In this document: piece by piece, positions 28,203 through 38,024 of the stretch
Layout of the letters: each line of letters begins with the position of its first letter
Numbering within the stretch: the first letter of the stretch is position 1
Assembly (NCBI GenBank): GCA_963815115.1
Contig: CAWFFN010000005.1
Span: 1,600,001 to 1,664,000, forward strand
Source: an uncultured delta proteobacterium
GTDB lineage: Bacteria > Desulfobacterota > Binatia > DP-6
Length of the DNA stretch: 64,000 nucleotides
Reading direction: 5' to 3'
Program-made: the position numbers and the translations under genes
Notes under the pieces: generated by a model
Databases searched by the model: none
What the model was told of the DNA's origin: nothing
What the model saw: the letters and a program-made list of their open reading frames with translations, nothing else

Positions 28203-30355
28203 GCGATCTCCCCTCCAGCCTGGCTCGTCATCCGGAGCTGGACATGTGGGTCCGCGTCGACCCCGCGGACACGATCACGCTCTTCACCGGCAAGGTGGAG
28301 CTGGGACAGGGTCTCAAGGCCGCGATCGCGCGGATCGGAGCCGAGGAGCTCGACGTCGCGCTCGAGCGCATCCGCGTGTCCACCGCCGACACGGCGCACG
28401 GCCTGAACGAGCTCTTCACGGTCGGCAGCCAGTCGATGGAGGAGAGCGGTGCGGCGATGCGTCAGGCGGCCGCGGAGGCGCGCCGCCATCTCCTGGAGCT
28501 CGCCGCGGCACGGCTCGACGTTCCCGTGGAGGGCCTCGAGGTCGAGGACGGCAGCGTCGTCGCGCAAGACACGGGCGCGCGCACGACCTACTGGGAGCTG
28601 CTCGGCGGCCGGCGGTTCGAACGCAGCGCGACCGGCACGGTGCGCCCCAAGCGCCCGGCGGACTACCGCATCGTCGGCAGGGCCGGGCGACGTGCCGACC
28701 TGATCGGCCTCGTCACCGGCACCGCGCGCTACGTCCAGGATCTCGTGCGGCCGGGCATGCTGCACGCGCGCGTGGTGCGGCCGCCGAGCCCGCAGGCCCG
28801 TCTCGTCGCGGCCGACACGGACGACGTCGGCGCCATGCCAGGGGTCGTCACGGTCGTGCGCGACGGGAGCTTCCTCGCCGTCGTCGCGGTGCGCGAGGAG
28901 CAGGCGGTGCGCGCGATGGAGGCCCTGCGGGAGCGCGCGCAGTGGAGCGAGGAGGCGACGCTTCCGCCGGTCGACGATCTGCCGGCGTGGCTCGTCGCGC
29001 AGCCGGCGCGGAGCTTCCTGGTCGTCGGCGGGGTCGCCGGTGACGACCCGATCCCGCCGATCGCGGCGCCGGCCGGCGCGGTGAGCACCCTGGCCGCCAC
29101 CTACACGCGGCCCTATCAGATGCACGCGTCCGTCGGGCCCTCGGCCGCCCTCGCCGAGTGGCGCGATGGGGGCCTGACGGTCTGGTCGCACAGCCAGGGC
29201 ATCTTCGTCGTCCGCGCGGCCCTCGCGCAGGCGCTCGGCGTGGACGTCGACAGGATCCGCGCGATCCACGTCGAGGGGCCCGGCTGCTACGGGCACAACG
29301 GCGCGGACGATGCGGCGCTCGACGCCGCGCTCGTCGCGCGTGCCGTTCCCGAACGCCCGGTGCTCCTCAAGTGGATGCGCGAGGACGAGCACGCCTGGGA
29401 GCCCTACGGGCCGCCGATGGTCGTCGCGGTGCAGGCGAGCGTCGACGCCGCCGGGCGTCTGTGCGACTGGAACCACGACACCTGGAGTCATACGCACATG
29501 GACCGAGCGCTCCCCTTCGGCGAGCGCTCGGCGTTCCTGGCCGCCTGGCACCGCGAGACCCCGATGCCGCGATGGAAGGCGCAGCCGGTGACGTTCTACC
29601 ACGCGGGCATTCACCGCAACGCCGACCCGCTCTACACCATCCCGTCCCGGCGCATCGTCAAGCATTTCGTCGGCGAGGCGCCGCTCCGCACCTCGGCGCT
29701 GCGGAGCCTCGGCGCCTACGCCAACGTGTTCGCGATCGAGTCCTTCATGGACGAGCTGGCGCACGCCGGCGCCGTCGACCCGCTCGCCTTCAGGCTGCGG
29801 CATCTCGACGACCCGCGCGCCCGCGCGGTGCTCACGGCCGCGGCCGAGCGCGCCGGCTACACCTCGCGCCGGCGGGAAGCCGGGCGCGGCGTCGGTCTCG
29901 GGTTCGCGCGCTACAAGAACCAGAAGGCGTACGCCGCGGTCGTCGCCGAGGTGCGGGTCGACCGCGCGAGCGGCCAGATCTCCCTCGAGCGGGCCGTCAT
30001 CGCGGCCGACTCCGGGCAGACCATCGATCCGGGCGGGCTCGCCAATCAGCTCGAGGGCGGGGTGATCCAGTCCGCGAGCTGGACGCTCAGGGAGCAGGTG
30101 CGCTTCGACCGCGTGCGCGTCACCAGCACGGACTGGGAGAGCTATCCGATCCTGCGCTTCCCCGAGGTGCCCACCCTGGAGACGATCATCGTCGACCGGC
30201 CCGGGGAGCCCTATCTCGGGAGCGGCGAGGCGGCGCAGCCGCCGACGCCGGCGGCGATCGCCAACGCCGTGTTCGACGCGGTCGGCGTGCGGCTGCGCGA
30301 CATCCCGTTCACGCCGGAGCGCGTCCGCGCGGCGCTGGCGACGGGGCCAGGGTAG
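28199..30355 (+). CDS. Molybdopterin-binding large subunit (isoquinoline/nicotinate dehydrogenase B-like)
   Basis: GTGA overlap with the small subunit; GKVELGQG, AEELDV, GCYGHNGADD, LRSLG, NQLEGG, GSGE and ANAVFDA.G.R. Confidence 0.9.
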   Translation: MSDLPSSLARHPELDMWVRVDPADTITLFTGKVELGQGLKAAIARIGAEELDVALERIRVSTADTAHGLNELFTVGSQSMEESGAAMRQAAAEARRHLLELAAARLDVPVEGLEVEDGSVVAQDTGARTTYWELLGGRRFERSATGTVRPKRPADYRIVGRAGRRADLIGLVTGTARYVQDLVRPGMLHARVVRPPSPQARLVAADTDDVGAMPGVVTVVRDGSFLAVVAVREEQAVRAMEALRERAQWSEEATLPPVDDLPAWLVAQPARSFLVVGGVAGDDPIPPIAAPAGAVSTLAATYTRPYQMHASVGPSAALAEWRDGGLTVWSHSQGIFVVRAALAQALGVDVDRIRAIHVEGPGCYGHNGADDAALDAALVARAVPERPVLLKWMREDEHAWEPYGPPMVVAVQASVDAAGRLCDWNHDTWSHTHMDRALPFGERSAFLAAWHRETPMPRWKAQPVTFYHAGIHRNADPLYTIPSRRIVKHFVGEAPLRTSALRSLGAYANVFAIESFMDELAHAGAVDPLAFRLRHLDDPRARAVLTAAAERAGYTSRRREAGRGVGLGFARYKNQKAYAAVVAEVRVDRASGQISLERAVIAADSGQTIDPGGLANQLEGGVIQSASWTLREQVRFDRVRVTSTDWESYPILRFPEVPTLETIIVDRPGEPYLGSGEAAQPPTPAAIANAVFDAVGVRLRDIPFTPERVRAALATGPG

Positions 30356-30362
30356 GGCTCGA

Positions 30363-31088
30363 TCACGAGGCGCCGAGGTGGCGGTGCAGCCACGCGAGCG
30401 TGCGCTTCCAGCCGTCCGTGGCGGCGGCCTCCTGGTACGCGGGGCGGCGATCGCAGTGGAATCCGTGCTCGGCGTCCGGATACCGGACGATCTCGTGGTC
30501 CACCGCGGATTCACGCGCGAGGGTCTCGCGCAGCTGCTCCACGTCGCTGACCGGGATGCCGGCATCCGCGTCGCCGAAGAGACCCAGCCACGGCGTCGCG
30601 AGACGGGCCGCGTCGCCGATGAGCGGCTGGAAGAACGGCAGGCGCGAGCTCACGATGCCGCCGCCGTAGAATCCCACGGCGGCCCCGAGCGTGCGGCGGG
30701 TCGCGACCAGGAACGTCACCCGTCCGCCGAAGCAGAAGCCGACGATCCCGATCCGGGCGTCGGCAAATCCCGCTGCGCGGAGGTGACCGACGGTGGCGTC
30801 GACGTCGGCGACGATGCCGTCGTCGGTGACGCCGCGGAAGAGCGGCATCACCTTCGAGAAGTCGTCGTAGGGCGCCGTGCCACCTCCGGCGCGGTGGAAC
30901 ATCGCCGGCGCCACCGCGTGATATCCGGCGGCGGCGAAGCGGCGCGTGACGTCGCGAATGTAGTCGTTCACGCCGAATGCCTCCTGGATCACGATCACGG
31001 CACCGGCTGCCTTCTCCTCCGGGACGGCTTGGTAGACAGCCATTGGCCCGTCGGGGGTCTGGACCGTGTGCGTCGCGTCCCGGGCCAT
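30363..31088 (-). CDS. Dienelactone hydrolase family protein
   Basis: IQEAFGVN, nucleophile GFCFGG, FYGG and YPDAEHGF. Confidence 0.92.
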   Translation of the reverse strand: MARDATHTVQTPDGPMAVYQAVPEEKAAGAVIVIQEAFGVNDYIRDVTRRFAAAGYHAVAPAMFHRAGGGTAPYDDFSKVMPLFRGVTDDGIVADVDATVGHLRAAGFADARIGIVGFCFGGRVTFLVATRRTLGAAVGFYGGGIVSSRLPFFQPLIGDAARLATPWLGLFGDADAGIPVSDVEQLRETLARESAVDHEIVRYPDAEHGFHCDRRPAYQEAAATDGWKRTLAWLHRHLGAS

Positions 31089-31369
31089 GTGCGCCACCAT
31101 AGCCGGAGGACCCGGGTCCGGGCCAGCCGGCTCGCTTCCGGTCGACACAGGTCCTCGCCTCACTCCGTCCTCCCTGGAATGACGTTCGCGCGACGACCGC
31201 CCCGGGCCGGTTCCGCCGGGCCGACGCCGGAAGGTCGCCATCGCCCCCGGAGCCGGCAGGCCACAAGGGTCATCGACTCCGAGCGCGGGGTATGGAAGTG
31301 TGAGCGTCGCTTGCTGACGGTCGTCTCGCCCCTCGGCCTCATATGAACGTGGCTTCTCGTGCCGGTGAG

Positions 31370-32878
31370 ATGAACCTCGGTCTGGAGACACAGCCGATCC
31401 TCCCCGAGCGGCGGGCCACGCTCCCGCTCTCCGTCGCCGGCCGCCGCACCATCATGGGAGGCGTGGTCGCGCTCGGCATGGTGGCGTCCGTCTTCTACTT
31501 CGAATGGTGGTTCGCGGGCGACCGCCTGACGCATCCCGTGCTCCTCCTCGCGCTCGTGCTCGCCGCCGCCTACGTGGCGATGCAGATATACTGCGCCTGG
31601 TATGTCTACCTCAGTATCGAGCCGGACGATCTCCCGGCGGCACGACCCGGGCTCTCGGTCGACGTGTTCGTTCCGGTCTACGACGAATCCGTCGAGCTGG
31701 TGGAGACCACGCTTCGTTCGGCGGTCGCGATGCGCTATCCGCATCGCACGTACCTGCTCGACGATGCCGACGATGCGAAGTTCGCCGAGCTCGCCGCCCG
31801 TCTCGGCGTCGGCTATCTGACCCGCGAGGGTTCCCAGGACGCGAAGGCCGGGAACGTCAACGCCGCTCTCGCCCGCACCGGCGGCGAGTTCGTGACCATC
31901 CTGGACGTCGATCACATCCCGGCGCCCGACTTCCTCGACGCGGTGCTCGGCGCGTTCGCGGCCCCGGACGTCGCCTTCGTCCAGGGCGGTGTCGCCTTCT
32001 ACAATCGCGATGACTCGCTGGTCGCGCGTGCCACGATCGAGCAGGCGTACGACATCTACGGACCGACGTCGATGGGGATGCACGGCTGCGGCGCGTCGCC
32101 GGTCTGGGGGAGCCATACCACCTTCCGCCGCGCGGCACTCGACAGCATCGCCGGCTATCAGCCGGGCCTTGCCGAGGACCTCCACACCTCGATGCGCCTG
32201 CACGCGGCGGGCTGGCGCTCCGAATTTCTTCCGGCCGTGCACGCCTCGGGTCTCGTGCCGAGCGACTTCCGTGCCTTCACCATGCAGCAGCGCAAGTGGT
32301 CGCGCGGCGTGTTCGGCGTCCTGATCGACGTGTACCCGCGCGTCTGGCGCCAGCTCTCCTGGTCGCAGCGAATCGCCTACCTGGTGCGCTCCAGCTACCA
32401 CCTGATCGGACCGGTCTTCGCCGTGCACGCGTTCCTCGCGGTCTACCTGCTCCTCTTCGGCAGCGCCGCCGCCCTGGAAGGGTTCGCGGCGTATGTGCTC
32501 GGGGCCGTGCCCCTGATCGCCGCCGTCGTCGGCGCCCGGGCGCTCGCGAACACCTTCTGGAACGTGCAGGCCGACGCGGTCGGGATCAAGTGGCGCGGCT
32601 ACACGCTCGCCTTCGCGCTCTGGCCGATCTACCTAGGCACCTTGGTCCGTGCCGTTCTCGGCATTCCCTTGCCGCACATCGCGACGCCCAAGCGACGCGC
32701 CGTGGAAGCCCATCCTCGACTCGTCGTTGCGCAGCTCGCGCTGATCGCGCTGCTCGCGCTGGGCATCGCGACGCGGCTGGGTGCCCCGATCAATCTCGGT
32801 CTCGTCGTGACCACGGGCTTCGCGATCGGAGCCATCGCGATCCAGGCATACGCCGTCGCGGCTGCGATGCGTCCGTGA
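31370..32878 (+). CDS. Processive GT2 glycosyltransferase, cellulose-synthase-like, multi-TM
   Basis: VDVFVPVYDE, LLDD, KAGNVN, LDVDH, AEDL and QQRKWSRG (QxxRW-like), with flanking TM helices. Confidence 0.88.
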   Translation: MNLGLETQPILPERRATLPLSVAGRRTIMGGVVALGMVASVFYFEWWFAGDRLTHPVLLLALVLAAAYVAMQIYCAWYVYLSIEPDDLPAARPGLSVDVFVPVYDESVELVETTLRSAVAMRYPHRTYLLDDADDAKFAELAARLGVGYLTREGSQDAKAGNVNAALARTGGEFVTILDVDHIPAPDFLDAVLGAFAAPDVAFVQGGVAFYNRDDSLVARATIEQAYDIYGPTSMGMHGCGASPVWGSHTTFRRAALDSIAGYQPGLAEDLHTSMRLHAAGWRSEFLPAVHASGLVPSDFRAFTMQQRKWSRGVFGVLIDVYPRVWRQLSWSQRIAYLVRSSYHLIGPVFAVHAFLAVYLLLFGSAAALEGFAAYVLGAVPLIAAVVGARALANTFWNVQADAVGIKWRGYTLAFALWPIYLGTLVRAVLGIPLPHIATPKRRAVEAHPRLVVAQLALIALLALGIATRLGAPINLGLVVTTGFAIGAIAIQAYAVAAAMRP

Positions 32879-34686
32879 CGGACGAGACGGCCGCCGGGGC
32901 CGATCGGCTACGCCCCTTCGCGGCGGTGCGCCTCCTGCGGCCGCTCCTGGCGGCCCACCCGTTCGCGGTCGGGCTCGTCGTCGCCCTGGGGATCCTCGCC
33001 TCGGCCGCCGAGGGCATCGGGATCACGCTCTTCATCCCGCTCGTGCAGAGCATCGACCCGGCGGCGACGACGGGCGCGCTGCCGTGGCCGCTGGCGCATC
33101 TCGTCGGGCTCGTGCCCGGCGATCGGCGGGTGATGGTCCTGCCCCTGCTGATCCTGGGGGCGATCCTGCTCAAGAACGCCCTCGGCTTCGCCAACCACTG
33201 CGTGGTGTCGCGGATGTTCGGCGAGGTGGGCGCGGAGCTCCGCGGGCGCCTCTTCGATCGCCTGCTCCGGATGGACTGGGCGGCCTTCGAGGGCGCCGAC
33301 TCGGGCGCGTTGCTGACCCTGCTCTCGAGCGAATCGTGGCGCGCGGCGCAGGCGGTCCAGCTGCTCCTCGCGATCCTGGTTCACCTCTGTACCATCGCCG
33401 TGCTGGTCGCGCTGCTGCTCGTCATCTCGTGGCGGCTGACCCTCGCGCTCGTCCTCGGCATCCTCGCGGTCTCGTGGCTCGTCCGGACGATGGCCGAGGG
33501 AGCGAAGCACACGGGAAGCGCCTCGGTGCAGGCGAATGCGCGCCTGGGTGAGCGCATGTGGGAGACCCTCGCGGGGCTGCGGACGGTGCAGGCCTTCGGC
33601 GTCGAGGATCACGAGCGCATGCGCTTCGCGGCGGCATCCGGCGAGGTGCGCCGGACCTTTCTCCGCCTCGACGTGATCTCCGGCCTGGTCGGTCCCGTCT
33701 CCGAGACGCTGCACGCCGCGCTCCTGCTCGTCATCGTGGTCGTGGCCCTGCGCGACCGCGGCATGCTCCCGGCGCTGCTCGCCTTCGCGCTCCTCGTGTA
33801 CCGGCTCCAGCCACAGATGCGGATGCTGGAGACCGCTCGGGCGGGACTCTTCGGCCTCCTCGGTGCGGTGCGCGACGTGCAGGCGTTTCTCGACGCCCCG
33901 GCCGGGCCGTCGCCCGCGCGCGTGCAGCGTACGATCCCGCGACCGCTTGCGGGCGGCGCGCTGGCGGTCGAGCAGGTCACCTTTCACTATCCCGGCGACG
34001 CGAAGGTCGTCCTGCGTGACGTCTCGTTCCGGATCGCCCGGAACCAGGTGACCGCGATCGTGGGAGGATCCGGCGCCGGGAAGACCACCCTCCTGCACCT
34101 GCTGTGCGGGTTCCTTACCCCGACCCTCGGGCGCATCGCCGTCGACGGCGTTCCGCTCGCCACGCTCGATCGCGCGGCGTGGCTGCAGCGGATCGGCCTG
34201 GTGAGCCAGGACACGTTCCTCTTCAACACCAGCATCCGCGACAACATCGCCTACGGGCGGCTGGACGCGGGCGAGGCCGAGATCGAGGACGCCGCGCGGC
34301 GGGCGCACGCGCACGAGTTCATCGTCGACCTGCCCGCCGGCTACGCCACCGTCGTCGGCGACCGCGGCGTGCGGCTGTCGGGGGGCCAGCGCCAGCGCAT
34401 CGCCCTGGCGCGCGCCTTCATCCGCCGGCCGGACCTCCTGATCCTGGACGAGGCGACGAACGCGCTCGACGGCGTCTCCGAGCATCTCGTGCGGCGATCG
34501 ATCGAGGAGGCGCGCGGGTCGTGCACGGTCGTGATCGTCGCGCACCGCCTCGACTCCATCCTCGATGCGGATCACGTCGTCGTCCTGGAAGGAGGCCGGA
34601 TCGTCGAGGAGGGGAAGATCGCGGCGTTGCTCGAACGGGACGGCACCTTCCGCCGGCTCTATGCGCGGCGGAGCGGCGCCGAGTGA
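32875..34686 (+). CDS. ABC exporter, fused TMD-NBD (MsbA/PglK/HepA-like glycolipid or glycan flippase)
   Basis: TM domain, Walker A GGSGAGKT, LSGGQRQR, LILDEAT and AHRL. Confidence 0.92.
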   Translation: MTDETAAGADRLRPFAAVRLLRPLLAAHPFAVGLVVALGILASAAEGIGITLFIPLVQSIDPAATTGALPWPLAHLVGLVPGDRRVMVLPLLILGAILLKNALGFANHCVVSRMFGEVGAELRGRLFDRLLRMDWAAFEGADSGALLTLLSSESWRAAQAVQLLLAILVHLCTIAVLVALLLVISWRLTLALVLGILAVSWLVRTMAEGAKHTGSASVQANARLGERMWETLAGLRTVQAFGVEDHERMRFAAASGEVRRTFLRLDVISGLVGPVSETLHAALLLVIVVVALRDRGMLPALLAFALLVYRLQPQMRMLETARAGLFGLLGAVRDVQAFLDAPAGPSPARVQRTIPRPLAGGALAVEQVTFHYPGDAKVVLRDVSFRIARNQVTAIVGGSGAGKTTLLHLLCGFLTPTLGRIAVDGVPLATLDRAAWLQRIGLVSQDTFLFNTSIRDNIAYGRLDAGEAEIEDAARRAHAHEFIVDLPAGYATVVGDRGVRLSGGQRQRIALARAFIRRPDLLILDEATNALDGVSEHLVRRSIEEARGSCTVVIVAHRLDSILDADHVVVLEGGRIVEEGKIAALLERDGTFRRLYARRSGAE

Positions 34687-34696
34687 GAGCGCGCAC

Positions 34697-35962
34697 GTGA
34701 CCGAGACCCGCTACCGGCTCGTGACGATCGACCTCGCCCGTCCGCTGCCCGCGATCGCCCTCGGCGCCGACGAGGCCGGCGTGGGGCTGACGGTACGTCT
34801 CGACGGACGGCCGATCGGCTTCGTCCTGCACGAGCTGCCGGCCGGCGCGACGCTCGATCCGGAGGGAGTCGGTCGATTGCTCGGGCCGGAGGAGCGGCTC
34901 GCGCTGATCGAGGAGCGCATCCGGCGGGAGCTCGTGGCGGAGACCGCGACCTGCCCGGCGCCGTCGGTGACGGCGGTCGTGTGCACGCACGATCGGCCGG
35001 ACTTGCTGGCGCGCTGCCTGGACTCCCTCGTCGCACTGCGCGAGCGCGGGCGGGCGAACACACCGGCGCTCGAGATCCTCGTCGTCGACAACGCCCCGTC
35101 CGACGAGGCGGCGCGCGACGTCGTCTCGCAGCGTCCTCGCATTCGCTACGTGCGCGAGCCGATCACCGGCCTCGACTTCGCGCGCAACCGCGGACTCGCA
35201 GAGGCTGCCGGCGAGTTCGTCGCCTATTTCGACGACGACGTCACCGTCGACCCGCGCTGGCTCGAGGGATTCGTGGAGGCCCGGACCGCCCATCCCGATG
35301 CCGCCGCCGTCACCGGGCCCGTGCTGCCGCTCGAGCTGGTCACGCGCGCCCAGGTCGAGTTCGAGCGACTGGGCGGCTTCGGCCACCGATTCCGGAGAAT
35401 GCGCTTCGGCACGACGCTCGCGGGCAACGACGCCTATCCCTGCGGCGCGGGCATCTTCGGAGCCGGCTGCAACATGGCATTCCGGCGGGACGCCGTGCGG
35501 GGGATCGGTGGCTTCGACGAGGCGCTCGACACCGGGGCACGGCTGCCGGGCGGCGGCGACCTCGACATCTTCTACCGCCTCGTGCGCGCCGGCCACGTGA
35601 TCGTCAGCGAGCCGCGCTGCCTCGTCCTGCACCAGCATCGGCGCACCCACGAGCAGCTGCGCCGCCAGCTCTGGACCTGGGGGCTGGGCTTCATGGCGTT
35701 CGTCGGCAAGTCGTATCGCGCCGATCCGACGCAGCGAGCGAAGTTCCGCCAGTTGCTCGCCTGGTGGCTCGTCAGCAAGGCGCGCCAGCTCGCGGGGCGG
35801 GCTCTCGGCCGGGACGCCCCGCCGGTCGACCTGACCCTGGCGGAGCTGGGCGGAGCCGCCGTCGGGCTGTGCGGTGAGTACGGGCGCTCGTGCCGGCGGG
35901 TCGAGCAGCTTCGCCGGGCACCGGCGACCGGCGGGTTACTCGCCAGCGGAGGAGCGCGATGA
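34697..35962 (+). CDS. Glycosyltransferase family 2
   Basis: VVCTHDR, VVDNAPS, ARN.G, YFDDD, GAGCNMAFRR and GGGDLD. Confidence 0.9.
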   Translation: MTETRYRLVTIDLARPLPAIALGADEAGVGLTVRLDGRPIGFVLHELPAGATLDPEGVGRLLGPEERLALIEERIRRELVAETATCPAPSVTAVVCTHDRPDLLARCLDSLVALRERGRANTPALEILVVDNAPSDEAARDVVSQRPRIRYVREPITGLDFARNRGLAEAAGEFVAYFDDDVTVDPRWLEGFVEARTAHPDAAAVTGPVLPLELVTRAQVEFERLGGFGHRFRRMRFGTTLAGNDAYPCGAGIFGAGCNMAFRRDAVRGIGGFDEALDTGARLPGGGDLDIFYRLVRAGHVIVSEPRCLVLHQHRRTHEQLRRQLWTWGLGFMAFVGKSYRADPTQRAKFRQLLAWWLVSKARQLAGRALGRDAPPVDLTLAELGGAAVGLCGEYGRSCRRVEQLRRAPATGGLLASGGAR

Positions 35963-37254
35963 GCGCGCCCGAGCCCGGCTGGCGCATCCTCCACGTCGAC
36001 CTCGGGAAGCCGCTTTGCGAGATCTCTTCGGACGGTGACCGCGCCGGCCTGCAGCTCGTGTTCTGGCTCGACGGCCTGCCCCTCGGCCGCTGCGAGGTGG
36101 CAGCGAGCGATCTGCCGCTGTCGGTGGCGACGATCGCGACCCTGGCGAGCCAGGCGGTGGCCCCCACGGTCGGCGGGCGTCTCTTCGCCGGGGACTTCGA
36201 GGCGCCGATGCCGGCGGCCGGCTCCGATGCCAGGCCGGCGCGGGACGCGGGCGCGCTCCTCGCGTGCCGGCGCCCACTCGCGGCGCTGCGAGCACGACTG
36301 GCCGGCGCCGGCGGCTCGGCGCAAACGGCCGACGTGTCGGTCGTCGTCTGCACGCGCGATCGCCCGGAGGCGCTCGCGCGCTGCCTCGAATCGTTGCGTT
36401 CGAGCCGGACGCGGCCGCGCGAGCTCCTGGTCGTCGACAACGCCTCGAGCGGCGAAGGCACGCATCGCGTGGTCGCGGGCATGCCCGGGGTGCGCTACCT
36501 CCGCGAGCCGCGTCCCGGCCTCGCCATCGCGCGCAACACCGGGGTCCGCGCGACGACCGGGGCGATCATCGCGTTCACCGACGACGACGTCGTGGTGGAT
36601 CCGGACTGGATGCCGCGCCTCGTGGGGCCATTCGCCGATCACCGGGTGATGGCCGTGACCGGCATCGTGCTGCCGGGCGAGCTCGAGAGCGCCGCGCAGC
36701 GCATGGCAGAGGATCGCATGTGGAGCTTCAACCGCGAGTTCCGGCCGCTCGTCTTCGATGCGCGGTACTTCGCGCGCATGCGAGCGCGCGGCGTTCCCGT
36801 ATGGCACATCGGCGCCGGGGCCAACATGGCCATTCGCCGCGAGGCCTTCACGCACGTCGGCCTCTTCGACGAGCGCCTCGGGGCGGGAGCTGCCGGCTGC
36901 AGCGAGGATTCCGAGCTCTGGTACCGGCTCCTGGCGGAGGGCTGGCAGTGCGTCTACGAGCCGTCCGCGGTGGTCTTCCACTACCATCGCGCGGACCCGG
37001 AGGCGCTTCGCCGGCAATGGCACGCGTACATGCGCGGCCACGTCGCCGCGCTCCTCGTCCAGTTCGCGCGCTATCGACACTGGGGCAACGTGCGTCGCAT
37101 CGTGCTGCAGCTCCCGATCTTCTACGCGGCCTGGCTGCGCGACGTGGCCCGGCGCCGGAAGATGGAAGGGCCGCTGTGGTGGGCCGCGGTGTCGGGGACG
37201 GTCGCCGGCGTCGGCTTCTACCTCCGCCATCGCAGCGCGCCACCGGTCGCATGA
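35959..37254 (+). CDS. Glycosyltransferase family 2 (paralog of the upstream gene)
   Basis: VVCTRDR, VVDNAS, FTDDD, GAGANMAIRR and CSEDSE; ATGA coupling. Confidence 0.9.
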   Translation: MSAPEPGWRILHVDLGKPLCEISSDGDRAGLQLVFWLDGLPLGRCEVAASDLPLSVATIATLASQAVAPTVGGRLFAGDFEAPMPAAGSDARPARDAGALLACRRPLAALRARLAGAGGSAQTADVSVVVCTRDRPEALARCLESLRSSRTRPRELLVVDNASSGEGTHRVVAGMPGVRYLREPRPGLAIARNTGVRATTGAIIAFTDDDVVVDPDWMPRLVGPFADHRVMAVTGIVLPGELESAAQRMAEDRMWSFNREFRPLVFDARYFARMRARGVPVWHIGAGANMAIRREAFTHVGLFDERLGAGAAGCSEDSELWYRLLAEGWQCVYEPSAVVFHYHRADPEALRRQWHAYMRGHVAALLVQFARYRHWGNVRRIVLQLPIFYAAWLRDVARRRKMEGPLWWAAVSGTVAGVGFYLRHRSAPPVA

Positions 37255-38024
37255 GCGCCGATCGCGCCGTCCGGGTGTCGGGCGACGGGCGCGCCCCGCG
37301 GCGGGCGTTCCTGCGGGCCAATCCATTTCCCCATCCGCTGACGTCGGGCTTCTTCTATCGCGAGAAGATGCGCGCCATTCATCGCGTCGCCCCCGAGCGC
37401 GAGTTCGCGACCATCCTCGAGATCGGGGGCGGTCAGAGCGGCCTCACCGCGCTCCTCTACCCGCGGGCGCGGATCGTCAACCTGGACCGGGTCCGCGAGT
37501 ACGCTTCGGCGGCGCCGAATGCGCGGCCGGCGCTCAGCTTCGTCTGCGGCGACGCCACCATGCTGCCGTTCGCGCCGGCGAGCATGGATGCCGTCACCTG
37601 CTTCGACGTGCTCGAGCACGTCGGCGACGATCGGCGCGCGCTGGACGAGGCCCTGCGGGTACTCCGGCCGGGCGGCGCATTGCTGGTCAGCTCACCGAAC
37701 GAGCGCTGGCGCTTCCCGTATCATGCGGTGATGCGCGCCCTCTGTCCCGGCGAGGAGGCCATCATGAGGGAGTGGGGGCACGTGCGGCGCGGGTACGCCC
37801 TGTCCCGGCTGGACGCGATGCTGGCCCTGCCGCACGCGGGTGCCGCGTCCTTCATCACGCCGTGGACGGCGGTGTCCCACGACCTCGCGTTCTCGCGCCT
37901 GCCGGGCCCGCTGCGGACGCTCGCCTGCGCGGCCGTCGCGCCGGTCGTGTGGCTGGCCTCGCTCTTCGACGACTCGGGGCGCGGTACCGAGACCGTCGCG
38001 CTGTGGATCAAGACCGGCGGATGA
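37251..38024 (+). CDS. Class I SAM-dependent methyltransferase
   Basis: ILEIGGG, GDATMLPF, FDVLEHV, RVLRPGG and WGHVRRGY. Confidence 0.9.
   Translation: MSADRAVRVSGDGRAPRRAFLRANPFPHPLTSGFFYREKMRAIHRVAPEREFATILEIGGGQSGLTALLYPRARIVNLDRVREYASAAPNARPALSFVCGDATMLPFAPASMDAVTCFDVLEHVGDDRRALDEALRVLRPGGALLVSSPNERWRFPYHAVMRALCPGEEAIMREWGHVRRGYALSRLDAMLALPHAGAASFITPWTAVSHDLAFSRLPGPLRTLACAAVAPVVWLASLFDDSGRGTETVALWIKTGG

Noticed and set aside
31370-32878. Cellulose synthase bcsA operon
   Set aside because: No PilZ domain and no bcsB/bcsZ/bcsC neighbours.
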